From an uncultured Candidatus Saccharibacteria bacterium (GTDB lineage: Bacteria; Patescibacteriota; Minisyncoccia; UBA6257; 2-01-FULL-56-20), in assembly GCA_964374065.1 (NCBI GenBank), contig CAYJWW010000001.1, positions 1-63,835 on the forward strand: 63,835 nucleotides of DNA, in the 5' to 3' direction. Both the position numbers and the translations under genes were made by a program. The notes under the pieces are model-generated. The model saw only the letters and a list, made by a program, of their open reading frames with translations, searched no databases and was not told the DNA's origin. The stretch's first letter is position 1. Each line of letters opens with the position of its first letter. Below are positions 42,877-50,212 of this stretch, piece by piece.

Positions 42877-43180
42877 ACCGGCTCAGCCGCTCTTAGCGGT
42901 GGCTGTTCCATTCCTTCTAGACACACGAAAAAGCCCCGAACCGCTCTGGCGGCAAGGGACCTTCGCATTTTCTATGCACAAAATGCCTTGACGAAGGGTA
43001 CGTTCGGCGCCATAGTAATGCCGTTCGCGTTCTTTGACAGTACTTGAATACCGCGCGGAAACACAATGCGCCTTTTAAAATAGACTGAAACAATAAGAAG
43101 GCGTACGGAGTTCCGCGAGGAATCGCCCGTTGTGAGGACGAGCGACTTTACTTAAAAAGTCGAAAAAACATTCGAGTCAT

Positions 43181-43894
43181 ATGATAAAACACATCGCTCT
43201 TTTTGCGATCGTGTGCGCTGCTGTCTTCGCGTTCGTTCCAGGGAACCAAGCTCTTGCATCGCACGGCGGAGCGGAGATCACGCAAGTGGTGACGCTCTCG
43301 TCTCAGCCGTTGGGTAAGGAAACGCTCCAATTGCTCGGGCAAACATTAGGAGCATTGAGGCAGGTCCTCGACACCATCGGCACGCGCGTGAATTCGGCGG
43401 ATCCGCAGGTCGCCTTTAGCGCGGCCCAGCGCCCGGCAGTCTATGCCGTACTGGGCGGGATCCGCGAGTCGCTTCTCTCGATCGACGCGCAGCTCGCGGG
43501 CAAGGCGGTTGCGGCGGGGTATCCGCAGGCGCCTCTGACCGCACAGACGCCCGCACCCGCTCCGGTAGCGCAGCGCGCGCCCGAAGGGGCTCCCGCCCCT
43601 GCGACCGCTTCGAATGAAGCCGCGCGGCAGCCGGCCGCCGCCACAGCCCAGCCCGCTCCGCAATTCAGCGCATCCGAGGTAGAGCGGACGGGGCAAACCG
43701 CGGTCGTTGCGGCGCGCGCCGAAACCGCACGGCGCTGGTTCTTCATCACTTTGGGGATCATCCTGCTCGCAGGTGCCGCGTTTTACTGGTGGCGCGAGCG
43801 ACAAGTCGCGAGCGAGGACGCAGTGTTCGAAGCTCCGCAATTCGCGACAGGTTCTCCCAAAGAAGACGCTCCCTCGTGGAGCCCGGGAACGTAA
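43181..43894 (+). CDS. secreted/anchored Ala-Pro-rich protein (signal peptide + C-terminal TM)
   Basis: MIKHIALFAIVCAAVFAFVPGNQALA looks like a signal peptide. It is followed by a helical region, an A/P/Q-rich linker, the TM helix WFFITLGIILLAGAAFYWW and a short tail. Confidence 0.65.
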   Translation: MIKHIALFAIVCAAVFAFVPGNQALASHGGAEITQVVTLSSQPLGKETLQLLGQTLGALRQVLDTIGTRVNSADPQVAFSAAQRPAVYAVLGGIRESLLSIDAQLAGKAVAAGYPQAPLTAQTPAPAPVAQRAPEGAPAPATASNEAARQPAAATAQPAPQFSASEVERTGQTAVVAARAETARRWFFITLGIILLAGAAFYWWRERQVASEDAVFEAPQFATGSPKEDAPSWSPGT

Positions 43895-43903
43895 CGGATC
43901 CGA

Positions 43904-43932
43904 GAGACCCCGAAAGGGGTCTTTTGGTTTTT
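43904..43932 (+). terminator. canonical intrinsic terminator
   Basis: GAGACCCC-GAAA-GGGGTCTT followed by TTGGTTTTT. Confidence 0.85.
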
Positions 43933-43959
43933 GACACGCTTCACCAATCGATATACAAA
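43931..43959 (+). promoter_or_regulatory. sigma70-type promoter-like element
   Basis: TTGACA-17 nt-TACAAA lies about 55 nt upstream of the ATG at 44013, which has the SD AAGGAGGAGGG. Confidence 0.5.
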
Positions 43960-44012
43960 TAGGGCGGAACCGCCCAAGAGGTGCGCCTCGCGGGCCAAAC
44001 AAGGAGGAGGGT

Positions 44013-44699
44013 ATGCCCTTACCGAACGAACTGTGCGGATTACGAACGCTCGCTGCCCGCGGACCCTTGGCCGACGATGACTGGTGCGCGCTCCTCGAGG
44101 CGCGCCACAGGCTCATCGCGCCGCAACTCGACCGATTCACGCTTCCCTCGCTGGGAACGTTCCAGTGCCTCAAAACGGAATCGCACTGGACACGCCAGAT
44201 CAGCTGTTTCGTCTCGAACACTACCGGCGATTCCCGGTTCTCGCTCGAGACGCAGGGACTCTTTGGATACTCGTGGAGCAGCCGGGAAGAAACGAGCCCC
44301 GACCGGCACGTCAACATGTGGTACGCACAGACCCTTCATCCAGCGGACGGATGTCTCCGCATCTGGGGACTCACTCGGAAGGGCAACTGGATCATTGCCA
44401 CCGTCGTATATGTCGGCGAGGAAGGATACAAGGGACGAGGCGCCGAACGCGCGACGGAAATCGGGATCCGCGAAGTCACCATCCAGGAGCTCGTCGCGCA
44501 ATCGAAGTGCCACCCGCGGGAGATCTGGAGGGCGCTGGGAAAGCGCTTTCACGAACTCGTTCAGATCCGGCGGGCGCAGTACGAGAACGCTCGCGAAATC
44601 GCGGCGGTTATGAACACCGAAGAGCAGCTCGAAGCGCTCATTGAAGAACGACTCAGGAAGGCGGAACATGGAGATCACAACGAACCGGCCTCCGCATGA
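44013..44699 (+). CDS. hypothetical protein (228 aa)
   Basis: Strong SD and balanced composition with a C-terminal helical tail. No family recognised. Confidence 0.65.
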   Translation: MPLPNELCGLRTLAARGPLADDDWCALLEARHRLIAPQLDRFTLPSLGTFQCLKTESHWTRQISCFVSNTTGDSRFSLETQGLFGYSWSSREETSPDRHVNMWYAQTLHPADGCLRIWGLTRKGNWIIATVVYVGEEGYKGRGAERATEIGIREVTIQELVAQSKCHPREIWRALGKRFHELVQIRRAQYENAREIAAVMNTEEQLEALIEERLRKAEHGDHNEPASA

Positions 44700-44871
44700 A
44701 AAACCCGTCGCGTTCGAGTACCTTTCGGACTACGGCTTCGCTGCCATATGCCCCTTCTGCGGGAAGCCGGCGGTACTCGAGGCGACCTGCGACGAAGGAA
44801 GGAAGTTCTGCTGCGAACGCGACGCCTGCAAGGATCGTGCCGCAGCGTTCGCCCGTGCCTTCGCGGCGTAA
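44668..44871 (+). CDS. small Cys-rich (zinc-finger-like) protein (67 aa)
   Basis: MEITTNRPPHEKPVAFEYLSDYGFAAICPFCGKPAVLEATCDEGRKFCCERDACKD. The ATG overlaps the end of the previous gene. A hairpin terminator follows. Confidence 0.5.
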   Translation: MEITTNRPPHEKPVAFEYLSDYGFAAICPFCGKPAVLEATCDEGRKFCCERDACKDRAAAFARAFAA

Positions 44872-44888
44872 CCCACTTGAACATCCAG

Positions 44889-44910
44889 AGGCCCCGACTC
44901 GTCGGGGCCT
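44889..44910 (+). terminator. hairpin terminator
   Basis: AGGCCCCG-ACTCGT-CGGGGCCT followed by TCGCATTTATTC. A second hairpin lies at about 44943-44968. Confidence 0.5.
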
Positions 44911-45026
44911 TCGCATTTATTCACAAGGCATTAAATAAGTTCGGGGCCGCTCGTGTGAGTGGCCCCGTATGAAAGATTCCGACCCCTGGGTCGGCAGGTT
45001 ACGCTCTATTGATGATGCCAAGGTGC

Positions 45027-45099
45027 GTATTTATATGATACCGCGAATGTGCACATCCGCAATACGGCCTGTGGATAACTCCGGTAAATATGTGGATAT
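45027..45099 (+). repeat. AT-rich tract plus three phased DnaA-box/iteron-like repeats (candidate replication origin)
   Basis: GTATTTATATGATA at 45027-45040. Then TGTGCACAT (45048), TGTGGATAA (45070; exact reverse complement of TTATCCACA) and TGTGGATAT (45091), spaced 22 and 21 nt apart. Confidence 0.5.
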
Positions 45100-45183
45100 C
45101 TCGCTTAACGGGCTTTTTCCGTGCTCTACAAATGAAACGGCGCGCAGGGCCTCCTTTCGGAGACGCGCTACGCGCCGGTGATG

Positions 45184-47907
45184 TCAGCCGTCCTCTGTGA
45201 CGGCTTGGCTTTCGAACCCTGCGGGGCCCGTACGCGGATCCATTGCCGCGATCCGGGCAAACCGCTCAAGCTCTGCCACGTGCCTGCCTTCCTTCACCCA
45301 CCAGGTGTTGATGTCGTCGTGCGGCGACCCTGGCGAAATGATCTCGGGCGTGCCGTTCCGAACCTCTCCCTGGAAACCGAGCTTCCGCACCTCGGCGATC
45401 AAGGCGTCTGCCGCCTTAATCCCCGCATCGTCGTTGTCGAGCGCGACGACGAGTGCGTTGCCGGTTCGCTTCACGGCCTCGACAACCGCTTTCGTAATCG
45501 TCGCGTTCGCGATGCCGGCGTACGCGATCGTTGATTTCCCCAGGCCTTCGAGGGTCAAGGCATCCATCACTCCCTCCACGAGCCAAACCTCGCGCCCGAG
45601 GGTACGGAACGATTCTCGTCCGAACCAACCATGGGGAACCCCCGTGTGTTCGGTGGAGAGCTTGAGATGCTTCGGCTTCCCCTCCGAACGGATCGTCCGG
45701 GCGTAAAAGTTCGTGAGCTTCCCGTCATAGGTCAGCGGAAAGGTGATGCGGCCGTCGACGAATAGCGAGTACGGCAGGCCATACTTTTGCTCCTCGCCTT
45801 TCAGGGCGGAGGAGATCGGGCGTTTCGCCGTCTCGAACGTGAATCCAAGGCGGGCGAGGAGCTGCGGCATCGACTGTCCCCAGCGCACATTCTCCGAGAG
45901 TCCGAGGATGCCGTAGTGGATAAGCTCGTCGAGGCTATACTCGCACTCCTTGATGAGCGCGGAGATGAGCCCGAGCGTTGCGAACCCCGCTCCTTTCTCG
46001 TATGCGAAGTCTGGATCGAGTCCCCGTTCGCGCCACAGGTAATCCGCCGCCGCGCTCCGTATGAAGCACGCGTGGAGGAGTTCTTGCACGGCCGCGAGGA
46101 AGCGATGATGCTCGGCGGGTACGGCGATCACGTCTCCCTTTGCGCCTCGGACTCGTCCGGCTCCTGGCGCGAAAGCGATCTCGTACTCCGCAGGAACGGA
46201 GCGCGGATCGATCCCTCCGGCGCGATTGCATCCGAAACAGTGGAACGCGCCTCTCGGGATGTTCACGTAGAACGATGGATTGCCGGGATCGGCGTGATCA
46301 GGGAATGGGCAACGGATATGCCCGCCGCGCCCAGGATTGAAGGACTTCGAAATGTCGATCTCTCCGTCACGGATCGCTTCGATCAAGTTCCCGAGATGAA
46401 GCGAGAATTTCCCGTCCGGCTCCCGCGCGATGATACGCGCATCGTCCACGAAACGGTACCGCTCAATGAGCTGGACCGCCCGCGTTCGAGGCGCGATCAT
46501 TGCATCCAAGAGCGGACTTTTTCTCCGGAGACGCGGTGCTTCCGACTTCCCGCGCAACGTTCGGATAAGGTAATTCGCGAGGTCGGCGTTCAGTGCCCGC
46601 ACGTCGGCGCGCCGTTCGGCTCTCTTCCAGCGTGCGACTACCCACTCGAGAAAGCCCTGCTTTTGCTCGCTCGGAGCGGAGGTCACGCCGTGGGAGATTG
46701 CGTTCGCGGTCGGAATGAAATACACCATGTCTCCGCGCTTCGCGCTCGTTTCCTCCCACAGCCGCCCGCCTCCCGCCAGGTGGTGGCTCATCGCGGCGAA
46801 GATGAGATAGGTGAGCATCTGGTCTTCGTGGCGCCGGATCGGCTTGTCGCTCACTTCGGCGAGTTGGATGATCTTCCCCCTCGTCCCATCGCCCACCGCG
46901 AATTTCCAGTCGCGGACCTCGGCTTCGAACTCGCCGAAGAGGACGATGAGGTTGCGGAGGAGCTCGACGAGCGAGCCCCACCGATACCGCGTCATCCGCT
47001 CGAGCACCCGAAACTGCGAGTGAGTCGGTGGTTTGCCGTTGATCGTCGCGATCTCCAGGGCGTCGATGCGCCGGCCCCCCATGCCGTGGATCGAGGGCTG
47101 GAAAATGGGTATCTCCGAGAAGAAGATCCTCGGCTGCTCCAATTCCTCCCGATAGAGGCGGAGCACCATTGCCCAGGCCATCGCGGTTAAAGCGGCAAGG
47201 TAACCGGAATCGGCGAGTTCCGGGCGTTGGATCGCCCTCGTGTAGTCGCCCATGATCGGCGCGAGCGCATCATAGAGCTCACAAACCTCCGGCCGAGCGG
47301 AAAAGTACCATGCCGACCAGTCGCGTGATGATTCGACGTTTGCCTGAAGCGCTTGCCATGCCGTATCGATCCGGTCGAACACGCGCTCAAGGGCCTTGCC
47401 CTCGAGCGGTTTCGCTTTCCCGCCGCCGGTCATATGGCCGTTCGGATATCCGTCGAAAAGCGGCAGCGGGCTTGGTTCGCCGAAAAGCTCGAGCTGACCC
47501 GCATGCGCGCGTTGCGGCTGATTCAGGAAAAGCGCTCCCGAAAAAAGCCGCGGCACCATTGCATGGCCGATGATCCCGAAAACCCGCGTGGAATCGGCCC
47601 GCCGATCGCGCTTCACGCCCGTGAGCTCTTCGAGCTGCGCGAAGAGCGCGTAGTGGAAGCGGTCGTTGTTCAGGTCGCCCCAGAGCGGCGGACCGCCTTT
47701 GCGGTTCATCCGCTTCGCGAGTTGGACCAAGGCGGCGAGCGCGGCCTCTTTCGAGTCCGCGATCTTCGCGGCGATGAGCGCCCGGACGAAAAGGTCAAGC
47801 CTTCCGCCCGAGAGCATTTCCCACGCCCAATCTCCGAACTGAGGAGAGGGCACGGGGAGATCGCTCAAGTCTTCGGCCGTCACCGGCTCGATGAGCTGGT
47901 CTTCCAT
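45184..47907 (-). CDS. fusion protein: N-terminal PD-(D/E)xK (RecB/Cas4-like) nuclease-like region + DnaG-type primase (zf-CHC2 + TOPRIM)
   Basis: zf-CHC2: CPFPDHADPGNPSFYVNIPRGAFHCFGCNRAG. TOPRIM: VWLVEGVMDALTL ... VVALDNDDAGIKAA. Nuclease-like motifs: GRRIDAL, EVRDWKF, QMLTYL. Start at the ATG at 47907, behind AAGGAG. Confidence 0.8.
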   Translation of the reverse strand: MEDQLIEPVTAEDLSDLPVPSPQFGDWAWEMLSGGRLDLFVRALIAAKIADSKEAALAALVQLAKRMNRKGGPPLWGDLNNDRFHYALFAQLEELTGVKRDRRADSTRVFGIIGHAMVPRLFSGALFLNQPQRAHAGQLELFGEPSPLPLFDGYPNGHMTGGGKAKPLEGKALERVFDRIDTAWQALQANVESSRDWSAWYFSARPEVCELYDALAPIMGDYTRAIQRPELADSGYLAALTAMAWAMVLRLYREELEQPRIFFSEIPIFQPSIHGMGGRRIDALEIATINGKPPTHSQFRVLERMTRYRWGSLVELLRNLIVLFGEFEAEVRDWKFAVGDGTRGKIIQLAEVSDKPIRRHEDQMLTYLIFAAMSHHLAGGGRLWEETSAKRGDMVYFIPTANAISHGVTSAPSEQKQGFLEWVVARWKRAERRADVRALNADLANYLIRTLRGKSEAPRLRRKSPLLDAMIAPRTRAVQLIERYRFVDDARIIAREPDGKFSLHLGNLIEAIRDGEIDISKSFNPGRGGHIRCPFPDHADPGNPSFYVNIPRGAFHCFGCNRAGGIDPRSVPAEYEIAFAPGAGRVRGAKGDVIAVPAEHHRFLAAVQELLHACFIRSAAADYLWRERGLDPDFAYEKGAGFATLGLISALIKECEYSLDELIHYGILGLSENVRWGQSMPQLLARLGFTFETAKRPISSALKGEEQKYGLPYSLFVDGRITFPLTYDGKLTNFYARTIRSEGKPKHLKLSTEHTGVPHGWFGRESFRTLGREVWLVEGVMDALTLEGLGKSTIAYAGIANATITKAVVEAVKRTGNALVVALDNDDAGIKAADALIAEVRKLGFQGEVRNGTPEIISPGSPHDDINTWWVKEGRHVAELERFARIAAMDPRTGPAGFESQAVTEDG

Positions 47908-48146
47908 GTTCCGTCTCCTTATGAGATGGGTTCCGAGTTCCAAGCTGCAAGTGGTAAGTTTTCAAACGAGTCCCTGCTGGCTATATAGCATTATTCGGAT
48001 CGCGGGCTCAAGTGAAGCTGTGCACAGCCTGTATGCGGGCGCACACCATGACGATGACGGCTGTGGTTTTTGCCATCGTCATCGCACGGAGATGCGTATC
48101 CCCCGCGAGCGCGATGCCCGCAGGGGATCCTGTGATGTGCCCGGCC

Positions 48147-48752
48147 TTAGGCCACGCGCTTCTTCAAGCGCGCCTCGTCGGCGATGACCTCCTCGATCTC
48201 GTCGCCGGCGGGCTTTACGCGGAATTCCACGACCTGGACGATCTTCACGCCCTTCACGTTCGCGGCCTTCTCGCGGTTCTCCTCCGACTGGAGGATCGTC
48301 TCGCGGTCCACCTCTTCCTTCTTCCGCACGAAGTCGGTGAGGCCGAGCGCCTTCAAGCGCCCGATCACGGCGTCCGCCTTGTCGGTCAATTCCACCTTGT
48401 GCGGATTCGTGTGCTCGCCGATCACTCCCGTGCCCAAGTCCACCGACTTGCGCGCGCCGTTCTCGGTAAGCTCGGCGCGGTTCGCGTCGAAGAAGAGGAA
48501 GAGCGCGTCCACGAGAGAGTCGATTCTCTGCTGGTGGGGGCCCGCCTTTTGGGTAACCTCTTCCTGGATCTTCGCCATGCGCCCTTGGGCGTCCGTGGCG
48601 ATCGTCTTGAGCTTCCGCTGCTCGTCGCCCAAGAGGCGCACGAGCCGCGCGGCCCCTTCGCGGTCCGCGGGGACCTCGACGGCGGGTTTCGGTTGGACGA
48701 TTTTCTCGCCGACCGGCTTTCGGGCGGCAACTGCCCCTTTCGCGCTTGCCAT
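48147..48752 (-). CDS. gam: bacteriophage Mu Gam-like DNA-end-binding (host nuclease inhibitor) protein
   Basis: ANRAELTENGARKSVDLGTGVIGEH and LKALGLTDFVRKKEEVDRETIL align closely with Mu Gam (ANRDELTNGGKVKTANLVTGDVSWR; LERLGLQRFIRTKQEINKEAIL), preceded by a coiled coil. ATG at 48752, behind GAGGAGG. Confidence 0.85.
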   Translation of the reverse strand: MASAKGAVAARKPVGEKIVQPKPAVEVPADREGAARLVRLLGDEQRKLKTIATDAQGRMAKIQEEVTQKAGPHQQRIDSLVDALFLFFDANRAELTENGARKSVDLGTGVIGEHTNPHKVELTDKADAVIGRLKALGLTDFVRKKEEVDRETILQSEENREKAANVKGVKIVQVVEFRVKPAGDEIEEVIADEARLKKRVA

Positions 48753-48861
48753 GGGAACCTCCTCTGACCGGCCTCCGGCGCCGGACGAAGTTTGGGATGC
48801 TGGATCAGAACCGCCATTAGATAAGCAAAGGAGAACGCCGCCGTCAAACGATGCGGGCCCG

Positions 48862-48872
48862 GTGGATAACTC
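48862..48872 (+). repeat. second copy of GTGGATAACTC (DnaA-box-like) upstream of gam
   Basis: The 11-mer is identical to 45071-45081, in direct orientation. The two copies bracket the gam-primase module. Confidence 0.7.
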
Positions 48873-48998
48873 GGCTCGTAAAAAGTTCTCACTCGCGTAT
48901 ACTGTGGGCAAAAGGTCGTTTGCGTAACCATGAAGCCCTTCGGGGCGCGCCGGGCTATGCCGGGCGGCCAATCGTTTGGATCTCGACGCAAGCGAGCG

Positions 48999-49030
48999 AT
49001 CCCGCCTCCCGGCGGGATTTGTTAGTTTAA
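48999..49030 (+). terminator. orphan plus-strand intrinsic terminator
   Basis: ATCCCGCC-TCCC-GGCGGGAT followed by TTGTTAGTTT. No plus-strand CDS lies upstream of it. Confidence 0.55.
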
Positions 49031-49040
49031 AATAGCTACC

Positions 49041-49112
49041 AAATACGAATTTTTTACGAATCTACGAATGCATGCTTTCATTCGTATATTCGTACTTTTT
49101 CGTATTTCGTAG
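49041..49112. repeat. three-tier TACGAA/TTCGTA palindromic array immediately upstream of murB
   Basis: TACGAA at 49044, 49055 and 49063. TTCGTA at 49081, 49089, 49099 and 49106. The array is symmetric around about 49075 and ends 9 nt before the murB ATG. Confidence 0.85.
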
Positions 49113-49120
49113 CGAAACCC

Positions 49121-50185
49121 ATGCAGATCAAAGAACACGTTCCATTGGCTCCGCTCACGACGTTCGGCATCGGGGGACCAGCCAGATACTTTACGGAAGT
49201 CACAACCGAGGCGGAGGCCGGAGAGGCGGTGCGATTTGCCCGAGCGCGCGGGCTGTGGGTATTCGTACTTGGCGCAGGGAGCAATATCCTGGTAAGCGAC
49301 AATGGCTTCGCGGGCCTTGTGATCGCAAACCGCATACGCGGGATAACGGTCTCGGACGAAGGCGTTGTCCGCGCCGGCGCCGGAGAAGCGTGGGATCGCG
49401 TCGTGGCGCACGCGGTCGAGAAACGCCTCGCCGGGGTCGAATGCATTTCCGGCGTCCCGGGACTCGCAGGAGGAGCACCGGTGCAAAATGTCGGCTGCTA
49501 CGGGCAGAGCGCCGATGCGGTCATCCGCGAAGTACGCGCCGTAAGCCTACAAACCGGTGCGATCGAATCGCTCACGAATGCGCAATGCGAGTTCCGTTAT
49601 AGGGACAGCTTCTTTCGAAGAAACCCCGGCCGCTATTTGATCACCGAAGTCTCGCTTGGGCTCATTCCGGGAGGACCGCCGACTACCGCGTATCACGACG
49701 TGGCGCGGCGCCTTGCGCGCAATCCCTCCCCGACGCTTAGGGACGTCCGGGACGCGATCATCGAGATCCGCGCAAGAAAAGGAATGGTGCTATTGCCCGG
49801 ATGGGAATCGTTCAAAAGCGGCGGGTCGTTCTTCAAGAACCCCGTGGTCTCCGAAGATGCGCTTTCCGGAGTTGCAGCGAGGGTCCGCAATGCGCCTTCG
49901 GGCGCATGCGCTCCGCCGTGGTTCTGGGAAATGCGGGACCGGAGCATAAAAATAGCCGCCCCATGCCTTCTGGAGTGCGCGGGTTTCCCGAGGGGACACA
50001 TGGACGGCAATGTCGGCATTTCGCCTAAACACGCCCTTTCAATCATTAATAGAGGCGGCGCAACGGCAGCAGAGGTCGTCGCATTCGCGACGCGCATCAG
50101 GGATGCCGTAAAGGACGCCTTTGGCATCCCTCTCGCGCCAGAAGTGGAATGCGTGGGCTTCGACGCTGACCCGTTCGGCTCATAA
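49121..50185 (+). CDS. murB: UDP-N-acetylenolpyruvoylglucosamine reductase
   Basis: PLAPLTTFGIGGPA, FVLGAGSNIL, GGAPVQNVGCYG and a C-terminal GSFFKNP motif. Confidence 0.92.
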   Translation: MQIKEHVPLAPLTTFGIGGPARYFTEVTTEAEAGEAVRFARARGLWVFVLGAGSNILVSDNGFAGLVIANRIRGITVSDEGVVRAGAGEAWDRVVAHAVEKRLAGVECISGVPGLAGGAPVQNVGCYGQSADAVIREVRAVSLQTGAIESLTNAQCEFRYRDSFFRRNPGRYLITEVSLGLIPGGPPTTAYHDVARRLARNPSPTLRDVRDAIIEIRARKGMVLLPGWESFKSGGSFFKNPVVSEDALSGVAARVRNAPSGACAPPWFWEMRDRSIKIAAPCLLECAGFPRGHMDGNVGISPKHALSIINRGGATAAEVVAFATRIRDAVKDAFGIPLAPEVECVGFDADPFGS

Positions 50186-50212
50186 GCGCGTGAACTGCTA
50201 TACTGAATCATA

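Larger units (their letters stand above)
42001..49030. mobile_element. candidate integrated genetic element / accessory island (Gam-like + nuclease-primase + orphan genes)
   Basis: Bounded by ssrA and murB. Contents are phage/plasmid-type replication functions plus orphans with their own promoters and terminators. No integrase, transposase or structural genes were seen. Confidence 0.35.

Noticed and set aside
45027-45099. Chromosomal oriC
   Set aside because: There are DnaA-box-like motifs, but no dnaA, dnaN, or other origin-proximal genes nearby, and only three boxes. The context (primase fusion, gam, orphan genes) favours an element-borne origin. The chromosomal oriC cannot be formally excluded without genome-wide GC skew.
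45787-47190. 467-aa plus-strand ORF inside the primase-fusion gene
   Set aside because: It is antisense to a gene with unambiguous zf-CHC2 and TOPRIM motifs. Its composition is Arg/Glu/Pro-rich and motif-free.
48851-49024. 57-aa plus-strand ORF (MRARWITRLVKSSHSRILWAKGRLRNHEALRG...) ending in the orphan terminator
   Set aside because: It is Arg-rich and low-complexity like GC-rich off-frame translations, and it has no SD. The terminator hairpin lies inside its 3' end. It is kept only as an alternative in the orphan-terminator finding.
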